The notes beneath the pieces are model-generated. The model was not told the origin of the DNA, made no database searches, and was given only the letters and a program-made list of their open reading frames with translations. Below, one piece after another: positions 26,675 through 34,197 of a DNA stretch of 64,000 bases; position 1 is the first letter of the stretch, and every line of letters begins with the position of its first letter. This DNA comes from Poseidonia sp. (GTDB lineage: Archaea; Thermoplasmatota; Poseidoniia; Poseidoniales; Poseidoniaceae), in contig CBFIDD010000003.1 of NCBI GenBank assembly GCA_965661285.1, positions 8,215 to 72,214 of the forward strand, written 5' to 3'. The translations under genes and the position numbers were made by a program.

Positions 26675-28546
26675 ACGCTCAACGCGTTCGATGATCTGCA
26701 ACCGAGAATTTCTCGTGTAGTCACAGCGAATTTCCGAGGCCCAAGCGTCCAATCCGACGTTGGCAACCACAACAACATCACCAACTTCCAGCATGGCGTA
26801 TTGGGAATTCCAGTCGTCGGCCCAACCTTCCACCTTGCAAGCACCGGTGTGGTCCATCAACATGAGGCCCTTTCTCGACCACGCTTTCCCGTTTTTCCCG
26901 ACGCCCGATTTTTCATAGGTGTAGACCACCGTGCCGCCCACATTGTATTTGGCCTGATAATCAAACAAGTCAAAGGATTCCACATCGGGGTCCTCATCTG
27001 CCTCCAATCGAGAAAACGGGTCCATTTTCAGCACGATTTCACCCTTCCAGTTGATGGTGAAAATGGCATCTTTGAGCAACACCTTCGCCCCCTTCATGGC
27101 GGGTACGGCGACCGTCGGCTCACCATCAGAGGCTGAGGTCGCCACGACTTGGATATGCGCTTTGTTGACGCCCTGTTTCAAGGTCATTTTCAATGGTATG
27201 TTATCCTTTACATAGCCTACTGAGAACAATTCTCCACGCACCGTCGCCCGAGGATTCAGTGCACCAATTTCGTGAACGGTCGTCTCTTGGTTGAATCCCG
27301 GAAGTTGCACCTTTCCGGGGAGACGTTCGTCGTCGGTGCCGTCTCCACCCGGGCAAACCGCACGCCAGTCACACGAATCACATCGTGATACAGAAGGTGC
27401 CTCAGCGGGCACACCCCCAGGAGAAAACCCTCGCATCGCACTGGGTGTTGGAGGACAATCGAGCAGTTGCGGTGCGTTTTCCTTGAGTTCCTCCCAGAGC
27501 GTTTTCATCTCTGTTTCAATCGCTTCCATCTCCTCAACGGTTGGCACGGCGACCGACTTGATGCTCGGGTGGCCGAGGTACCAAATTTCGAGACCACCCA
27601 CCGATTCTTGGCGCTGGTGCGTCATGTACCAAAGCATGGCATACATCTGCAATTGTTTAACATAGTCTCCAGAACGGTCGTTCGCCCCCAGGCTGGCTTT
27701 GAGGTCAACGATGACGGGTGTGCCCGACCACCGGTACACAAGGTCGTACTCCCCTTGGAACCAGTGTTCCGGGTGTATGGCGTTCATGGTAAATTTTGGT
27801 GCGCTGGGATCGACGAACCACGGTCGGGCGAGTTCCCAAGCCTCCGTCCACGAGACGTGACCTTCTCCTGCGAGTGGATGGCCGCCTGAGAACGATTCGT
27901 GAGGGAAGCCATCGGGTGCCGGCCACGTTGGCCGTTCGCCTCTTCGCCACGCATCTTTGCTTTGGCCGCCGTCCGCTTGGAAGCAACGCTCCACCTCATC
28001 CAAATGGAAGCGAAGTGCACTTTCGACCATGTGCATGCAGCGCTCTTGGTCAACCTCGCTCCAATCACCTGCTTTTCGTTCGTCCTTTTCCCACTCGAGG
28101 CGCATACGTTCCAAAGCCGGAGGAAGATGAACTCGGCACCGCTCAAGCGCCCATGCCTCGAGGTCGGACTTCGATTGGGGTACTTCCGTCGGGAACAATG
28201 GCATCAAGCCCATGGAGGGCCAAACGTATTCGCCTTGCGGGAGTGGCGTGCCGTCCTCAGCATACGGCGAGGTGCCAATGGTGTACTCGCCAGCGTTGGC
28301 GAGAAGAAAACCAGGTGATTCCCGAAGGACATGGCAAACGGCTTCTTCCACCGCTCTTCCGACAAAGAGAACGGGTATCTGAGGCATCTTGAACCGGTAG
28401 ACTTTCTGGTAATACCAGAGGCGAGGGCAAGCCGTGTAGGTGTTTGCTTGGCTTGCTGAAATCCGGTTGTATGGCCCGACCGTGTCCTCCTCGCTGTTGG
28501 CCATGTGAACCGGCATGTCACAAGGACACCCTCCACTCTTTTTCAA
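26663..28546 (-). CDS. Cas4/RecB/Dna2-like PD-(D/E)XK nuclease with an Fe-S cysteine cluster, fused to a C-terminal ~230-aa region that looks like two OB folds (paralog B)
   Basis: The N-terminal motif is SASQANTYTACPRLWYYQKVY. The catalytic core shows GEYDLVYRW...VIVDLKAS (D, D-x-K) and QLQMYAML (QxxxY). The C-terminal Cys cluster is CDSCDWRAVC (C-x2-C-x5-C), with an additional N-terminal Cys. The C-terminal extension contains VRGELFSVG...IQVVA and VGGTVVYTY...LEVGDVVVVANV. Confidence 0.65.
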   Translation of the reverse strand: MKKSGGCPCDMPVHMANSEEDTVGPYNRISASQANTYTACPRLWYYQKVYRFKMPQIPVLFVGRAVEEAVCHVLRESPGFLLANAGEYTIGTSPYAEDGTPLPQGEYVWPSMGLMPLFPTEVPQSKSDLEAWALERCRVHLPPALERMRLEWEKDERKAGDWSEVDQERCMHMVESALRFHLDEVERCFQADGGQSKDAWRRGERPTWPAPDGFPHESFSGGHPLAGEGHVSWTEAWELARPWFVDPSAPKFTMNAIHPEHWFQGEYDLVYRWSGTPVIVDLKASLGANDRSGDYVKQLQMYAMLWYMTHQRQESVGGLEIWYLGHPSIKSVAVPTVEEMEAIETEMKTLWEELKENAPQLLDCPPTPSAMRGFSPGGVPAEAPSVSRCDSCDWRAVCPGGDGTDDERLPGKVQLPGFNQETTVHEIGALNPRATVRGELFSVGYVKDNIPLKMTLKQGVNKAHIQVVATSASDGEPTVAVPAMKGAKVLLKDAIFTINWKGEIVLKMDPFSRLEADEDPDVESFDLFDYQAKYNVGGTVVYTYEKSGVGKNGKAWSRKGLMLMDHTGACKVEGWADDWNSQYAMLEVGDVVVVANVGLDAWASEIRCDYTRNSRLQIIERVERSAA

Positions 28547-28567
28547 GCCTCAGTGCGGTGATGGTGC

Positions 28568-30313
28568 TCAACGCGTACCGAAGGTTTCCATTCGGGTCTT
28601 CCGGTTGTCAATGCGAAGTTGGAGCAAGCCTGAGCGCCAGCCGAGCTCAACCCCCGTCATCGCAACACCGTCGCCGGGACGCAAGGAAAGAAGCCGCTGG
28701 TTGATGCTCGAGCCAAAGGCCACAACCTCTGCGACATGATGGCCGTCCCACAACATGAGGGCGAGCATGGTCCAAGGTTTTCCATCGATACGGGTGCCCG
28801 ACCTTTGACGAATACCAAGGACATGGCCTTTCACATTGGCACGAGTTCGAAGCAAACCAAGGCGGGTTATCGGTGGCAAATCTTCCTCGCTCACCTCGCC
28901 TTCACTGTGCAAAACGGTGTTGGTATCAACGTAGAGACGCGGTTGGTCTCGCCAAACCCCCGGAAGTGCGTCCACGAGAACGATCTCACGTTCCATATGC
29001 TCGTGAAGTTGAGAAAACGCACCCGGTTCACTCTCTTCCACGGTGATATGTTGCTGACCAACGACCAAGACAGCACCCAAAACTGGCTCGGAAAAATGAT
29101 TGGGCATTGGACCCCATGCACCGGTTAAGCGACCTCGCACGGTCACCCGACCTTGCACGTCACCCAAATGTGAATACGGGGCGTTCATGCGCACCTCTGA
29201 CAGAGAAGTGATCCACGCGAGGTGGTCCGGTACCGACCAATGGCCGTCCTCTGAGCGAGCCACGGCACACCAACCGCAACCTGCTGCGTCGCCTCCACAT
29301 GCTTCCGACGGGGCGACCGGGAAGGCCTTGACGCCCTTCTCAACTTCTTGCATCGAACGGTGATGCTCGTGGAATTGGTTGGACAACATCGGCATCTCAT
29401 CCTTCGTAGGTGCATCGTACACCACGCGATGGGCGCCGTCCAGGTACCAACCCTCCATGCCGTCCGCGGTTTGACCCGCTTGGGTTTCATGCCACAGCCA
29501 CGCGTAGAACCGGAGTTGATGTTCAAGGGAGGAGGCAAACGCTGAGCCGGGCGAACCTGATTTGATGTCCACAATCCGAACACGACCGTCCCACCGCAGC
29601 ACCATATCCAGTTCACCCGAGGCCCAACCTTCAGGGTGATAGAGTCGCTGAGGCTGATGAACGCGCGGGTCCTTGAACCACGGCCGGGCACATTCCCACG
29701 CTTCGTGCCAAGTGATGGGGTCGTCGGGAGAAGACCATACCGGGGAGGTATCCGAAGCCCAGGCACGCTTTTCAACATCCCTCACCTTGTCGGGGAGTGG
29801 GAAAACCGGTACAGTGCCAAGCGCAGGTTCCGGGACATCAAAGGGTTGACCCCCTGACCGACGAAGGGAAAGATGAGGCCCGCCCTCTGCGTTGAAACAG
29901 GCTTCAACCTCTTCAAAAAACAGGGTTAAGCCGCCTTCAAGCCGTGCTTCGAGGGCCGCAGGTTCCACCTTGTCCCATGCGTCTTCGCTCGTTTTCCACA
30001 AGACCTCGTCCCACATCGTTTGGCCGGTCGTGTACGCTCTGCGAGCCGCTTCGGGCACATGACCAAGCGCCCATGCTTTCAAATCCGCAACCGATGAAAC
30101 CGCAGGGGGATGCATCATCAAGAGTTCACACAGAGTGTCTTCGAGCACGACACCCAGGATTTGCGAGGGTCGTGTTGGACCCTGAAGGCCAATCTGGTAG
30201 CTAAACAACCACTGCTTGGGACATCGCAGAAACGTGGTGAGCGAACTGGCGGAAATCCTGCCTCGGCTGCGACCGAGCGGGCCTCCACGTGGAGGGAGAC
30301 CTACAGGCATCAT
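28568..30313 (-). CDS. Cas4/RecB/Dna2-like PD-(D/E)XK Fe-S nuclease fused to a C-terminal OB-fold-like region (paralog A)
   Basis: The N-terminal motif is ISASSLTTFLRCPKQWLFSYQIGL. The catalytic core shows GELDMVLRW...RIVDIKSG and HQLRFYAWLW. The Cys cluster is CGGDAAGCGWC. The C-terminal extension contains VRGRLTG...VLVVG and KGHVLGIRQRSGTRIDGKPWTMLALMLWDG...VAMTGVEL. It lies 21 nt upstream of paralog B on the same strand. Confidence 0.65.
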   Translation of the reverse strand: MMPVGLPPRGGPLGRSRGRISASSLTTFLRCPKQWLFSYQIGLQGPTRPSQILGVVLEDTLCELLMMHPPAVSSVADLKAWALGHVPEAARRAYTTGQTMWDEVLWKTSEDAWDKVEPAALEARLEGGLTLFFEEVEACFNAEGGPHLSLRRSGGQPFDVPEPALGTVPVFPLPDKVRDVEKRAWASDTSPVWSSPDDPITWHEAWECARPWFKDPRVHQPQRLYHPEGWASGELDMVLRWDGRVRIVDIKSGSPGSAFASSLEHQLRFYAWLWHETQAGQTADGMEGWYLDGAHRVVYDAPTKDEMPMLSNQFHEHHRSMQEVEKGVKAFPVAPSEACGGDAAGCGWCAVARSEDGHWSVPDHLAWITSLSEVRMNAPYSHLGDVQGRVTVRGRLTGAWGPMPNHFSEPVLGAVLVVGQQHITVEESEPGAFSQLHEHMEREIVLVDALPGVWRDQPRLYVDTNTVLHSEGEVSEEDLPPITRLGLLRTRANVKGHVLGIRQRSGTRIDGKPWTMLALMLWDGHHVAEVVAFGSSINQRLLSLRPGDGVAMTGVELGWRSGLLQLRIDNRKTRMETFGTR

Positions 30314-30349
30314 ATTCCCCCCTTCATCGAGGGCCTGGATGAAAAGGCA

Positions 30350-32128
30350 TCATGCATCGTACGAATAGTAGTCACCACTGCTGCGTTGTTCCCGGTCTTT
30401 CCTACTGGCGTTCTTGTTGATACGAGGTCGGCGAGAGTCGTGGTCTCTTCGGAAGGTGACGTCAACCCCGGCCAAGAAGCGATTCATTCCCTCTCGCAGG
30501 TTGTACGGTCCCGTGGCCCGACCTTCCACCCCACCTTCACCCTCAAAAACAAGAAGGGAATCCGATACGATATCGATGAAATAGACGTCGTGGTCGATGA
30601 CAAAGGCCGATTTTTCATTTGCTTCCATCGTCCTCCGGATGGCTTTGGCGGCCTCCATTCGAGCGTTTGCATCAAGGTGGGCAGAGGGTTCGTCGAGAAG
30701 ATAGAGATCGGCATCTCGGCCTAAGCAGAGCGCGATTGAGACCGCTTGGCGCTCACCGCCAGAGAGTTTCTTGATACGCTTCGGGAGAAGTTGGTCAACG
30801 CCCAAGGCCTTGATGACATTGACATTGAACTCACCGCTTCGCCATCGTGGGCCGAGTTCACTGTCCAACCAGAGTTGAACAGAGCCGTTGATATCGACAT
30901 CGATGTGTTGGGGCTTGTAGGAAATCGTAGCGTCGGCGGTCACCCATCCTTCGTCATACTCGTGCTCGCCTGCGAGAATTTTGATCATCGTCGATTTCCC
31001 GGTTCCGTTGGAGCCAACGACGCCGACGACTTCTGACCGGTGAACGGCGCCATCACCTGATGTGAGTTTAAACTCACCAAGTTGTTTTTCCAAGCCCCCC
31101 CAACTCACGATAGGGGTGCCAATTTCGGCTGAACGGTCGCGGTGACGCAGGAACTTGATGGGCTTGTCACGAATACGCACATTCTCTTCGGGAAGGAAAC
31201 CATCGAGATAGGTGTTGATGGCTTGACGTGTTGAGCGGGCGGGGGTAAAGATGCCGAAAGCACCCTTCTTTCCATACACGATGTGAACCAAGTCGGCCAG
31301 AACATCCAGGACGGCAAGGTCGTGCTCGATGACGATGACTCGCTTGGTTTCGGCCAGTTCTTGGATGATCCGGACAATGCGCATGCGCTCATGGATGTCG
31401 AGATAGGAGGAGGGTTCGTCGAAGAAGTACACGTCGACGTCACGAAGAATCGTCGCACAAATCGCCATGCGCTGCAATTCACCGCCGGAGAGTTGCTGTA
31501 CGGTTCGCTGAAGCAGATGGTCGATGCCCAAGGAGCGCGTGGTCTCCTCCAGCAGCCCGCGCTCATCCACTTTACGCAGCAGGTCGTGGACAGTTCCGTT
31601 CACCCGCTTGGGGAGTTTGTCAACATTCTGAGGTTTGAGGGCCACTCGAACATTCCCTTTTTGCAGAGCGAGGAAAAAGTCCCGGAGTTCACCCTTTGGA
31701 AGGGACGCAATAACTGATTCCCAGTCCGGCTCTTGGTCCAGCCAATCTCCCAAGTTCGGCGTCATGCGGCCTGAGAGCGCACTGATGGCAGTGGATTTCC
31801 CCATCCCGTTGGGCCCAAGGATGCCGACGACGCTCTCTTTGGAGGGTGTTGGCAAGCGAAACAATCGGAAGCCGTTCATCGAATATCGGTGAATCATATC
31901 GGTTTCGAGTTCACTGGGAAGGTTTTCGATGATCAGGGCATCGTGTGGACACTTGTTGATGCAAATTCCACATCCGATGCACAGGCTTTCCGAGATGTGC
32001 GGTTTGCCGGTGTTTTCATCCATGATGATGCATTCTTGACCGTTGCGAACGGGGGGGCAGTAGACCTGGCATTCATCGTTGCACTTCTTCGGTTGACAGT
32101 TGTCTTCCTTCAGAACCGCAACACGCAT
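30350..32128 (-). CDS. abcE1: ABCE1 / RNase L inhibitor-like ribosome recycling ATPase
   Basis: The N-terminal double 4Fe-4S ferredoxin domain is CIGCGICINKCP. Two ABC ATPase cassettes follow (GPNGMGKST, GSNGTGKST, LSGGELQR, LSGGERQ). Start set at the ATG MRVAV; the ORF track's TTG start is at 32140. Confidence 0.85.
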   Translation of the reverse strand: MRVAVLKEDNCQPKKCNDECQVYCPPVRNGQECIIMDENTGKPHISESLCIGCGICINKCPHDALIIENLPSELETDMIHRYSMNGFRLFRLPTPSKESVVGILGPNGMGKSTAISALSGRMTPNLGDWLDQEPDWESVIASLPKGELRDFFLALQKGNVRVALKPQNVDKLPKRVNGTVHDLLRKVDERGLLEETTRSLGIDHLLQRTVQQLSGGELQRMAICATILRDVDVYFFDEPSSYLDIHERMRIVRIIQELAETKRVIVIEHDLAVLDVLADLVHIVYGKKGAFGIFTPARSTRQAINTYLDGFLPEENVRIRDKPIKFLRHRDRSAEIGTPIVSWGGLEKQLGEFKLTSGDGAVHRSEVVGVVGSNGTGKSTMIKILAGEHEYDEGWVTADATISYKPQHIDVDINGSVQLWLDSELGPRWRSGEFNVNVIKALGVDQLLPKRIKKLSGGERQAVSIALCLGRDADLYLLDEPSAHLDANARMEAAKAIRRTMEANEKSAFVIDHDVYFIDIVSDSLLVFEGEGGVEGRATGPYNLREGMNRFLAGVDVTFRRDHDSRRPRINKNASRKDREQRSSGDYYSYDA

Positions 32129-32221
32129 TCCGTCACCCAACCTGTCCTCTCGTCTGTTCTATTTTGTTTCACCTGCCATTCCCGGATTAAAACCGGAAAA
32201 AGGCAATCCAGCGATTCCAGC

Positions 32222-32761
32222 TCAAATGAGGCCCTTCAGGTGCTCATGCCCACGTATGAGGCGAATGGTGCAGGGCGTTGGGAATTTCATGCTCGCCTTG
32301 CGGAGTGCGTCTCGTGCCGTGAGGTAATTCTCGGCATTCACTTGAAGCGACATGATGCGCTGGCCTCGCTTCACACGAGCGGCTGTACCAACGTTCTTGC
32401 CGAAAGCGCAACGCATGCCTTGCGAGACACGGTCAGCACCTGCGCCTGTGGCTTGCTTGTTCTCTCGCAGAACGTGGTGAGGGAAGGTGTGGACACGAAG
32501 GGCGTAGCCTTGTGCTCCGGCTGCGTTTCGGATGGTGGAGTTGGAGACAACACGCCCGGCTTCCAGCGCCGTGTGGCGAATTTGTACATCGTTGTCCGAA
32601 CGGAGTTCAAGGACAACTTGGAACTGTCCCGTCTCCGCCGCACGTCGGTTTCCGACGTGAAATTGCATGATACGGTTGTTCGGCACACCACCGATGTACT
32701 TACGTCGGGTGTAGGCTGGGCCTTTCAAACGGCGGTACATTACAGCGGGTTTGCGTGCCAT
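32222..32761 (-). CDS. rpl10e: 50S ribosomal protein L10e (uL16)
   Basis: The protein begins MARKPAVMYRRLKGPAYTRRKYIGGVP. Start trimmed to the ATG at 32761; a GGAGG sequence lies 8 nt upstream. Confidence 0.85.
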   Translation of the reverse strand: MARKPAVMYRRLKGPAYTRRKYIGGVPNNRIMQFHVGNRRAAETGQFQVVLELRSDNDVQIRHTALEAGRVVSNSTIRNAAGAQGYALRVHTFPHHVLRENKQATGAGADRVSQGMRCAFGKNVGTAARVKRGQRIMSLQVNAENYLTARDALRKASMKFPTPCTIRLIRGHEHLKGLI

Positions 32762-32870
32762 AGGTCTGCCTCCAAGCAACCTTGCGACCGATGCTCCCTT
32801 TATGATATCTCCGCACCGCGTCCAACCGCCAGCCTGACGAAACCGACATCGTGGAAAGCAAAGTCTTCAT

Positions 32871-34103
32871 GTGGCGGCCTCCGCAGCATGGACCATGGCT
32901 GGAGGGTGGCGCCGACTGCTCGAGGAGGAATCCGAGTATCAGTGGCTTACACTGGGCCTGTTCGCCGTTTTCGTGTTGTTTGGAGCCTTTGCCATTGACG
33001 CCACGGAGCACTTTGTTGGCGACAGCATCACGAAGGTTACAGCCCAGCACGAAGGCGGTCTTGTCCTTGACATCGAATACCACGAAGGTAATGCGTCGTA
33101 CACCTCGCTGGTTTACGCTCCCGGTGCGGGCTACCACCTGTTCACCGAACATGTTGATGACGGCACGGCAAGCGAGATTTACAGCCCAGTGAACACTGAT
33201 TTGGGAGACCAAGTGAACTTTCTGAAGACCATGCCAGACGGTGAAATCCTTTTCTCTGTCAGTCCAAATCAGCTCATCGGCCTCCAAGGCAACACGATGG
33301 TGACCTACGACTACGGTTCCTCACAGGACACCTTCACTGTTTTCGATGTTGCTGAGCAAGGGAACGAACAGTCAAACCATCGTTTGTTGCTTACACAGGA
33401 GGGCAGCATAAATTCCTTCCGAGGCGTGGTCGGGATGATACCAACCGCACCCATGTCCGTTTCATCAGGCGTTCAGTGGCATCATGTTGAAGCCCATTCA
33501 GAAGGGCTCTGGGTTGGCCTGGGCACCCACATCAGCACCTCCGGTGCCGACGGTTCGAGTCCAGCAACCCCCGAACCTCGACCTGTCCTCGGCTGGATTG
33601 CATGGGACGGAAGCGAGGAGACCCCCGTTCTACGCAACGTTCAGATGTTTGCTTCGGGCATCTTCCACTCCTTTGCTTCCTCTGGTTCGGATTTGATCGT
33701 GGGCGGTACCGTGGAAAGTTTGGTCATATCATCAAGCGAGGACATCCAAACCCTAAGCGCACCCTCCGCCGTTGTTGTCAACGATGAGGAGGGGACGACA
33801 TGGTTCATTGGCGGGCTTGGCTCGACCACCATCTCAACCTTCAGCGAGGGCGTGTTTGAAACGCATCAACTCAGCCGCCCGATTCCAGTCGAGGTCTCGG
33901 ATGCTGGTGCTCAAGATGAGTACATCCACGTGCACGGTGCTGACGCCAACGGCTTGCCCATCCAATGGTCAATCGACACCACAGCGGATGGTTCTATAGA
34001 GAGCGGCCGTGGGTTCCTCAACCTTCTGTTCTTGATCGCCGGAGGCATCCTCCTGAGCATGATGGTCGTGCACGTCGTGGATCAATGGCGTGCTGTGTCA
34101 TAA
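32871..34103 (+). CDS. Hypothetical cell-surface protein with N-terminal and C-terminal TM anchors and a Ser/Thr/Gly-rich ectodomain
   Basis: Hydrophobic segments YQWLTLGLFAVFVLFGAFAID and LNLLFLIAGGILLSMMVVHVV flank the ectodomain. No catalytic motif seen. Confidence 0.35.
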   Translation: MAASAAWTMAGGWRRLLEEESEYQWLTLGLFAVFVLFGAFAIDATEHFVGDSITKVTAQHEGGLVLDIEYHEGNASYTSLVYAPGAGYHLFTEHVDDGTASEIYSPVNTDLGDQVNFLKTMPDGEILFSVSPNQLIGLQGNTMVTYDYGSSQDTFTVFDVAEQGNEQSNHRLLLTQEGSINSFRGVVGMIPTAPMSVSSGVQWHHVEAHSEGLWVGLGTHISTSGADGSSPATPEPRPVLGWIAWDGSEETPVLRNVQMFASGIFHSFASSGSDLIVGGTVESLVISSSEDIQTLSAPSAVVVNDEEGTTWFIGGLGSTTISTFSEGVFETHQLSRPIPVEVSDAGAQDEYIHVHGADANGLPIQWSIDTTADGSIESGRGFLNLLFLIAGGILLSMMVVHVVDQWRAVS

Positions 34104-34197
34104 GTCGATGACGAACACCCACAAACCTTGGCCGTCAAGCGTTCTTGAAGGAACCTTCATGTGCCCTCGTCGGCCTTTACAAACTCCAGCGTAAGCC

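Noticed and set aside
26663-30313. Possibility of a CRISPR-Cas locus because of the Cas4-like nucleases
   Set aside because: I scanned the window for short direct repeats with regular spacers and for other cas genes and found none. Cas4-like nucleases also occur outside CRISPR systems.
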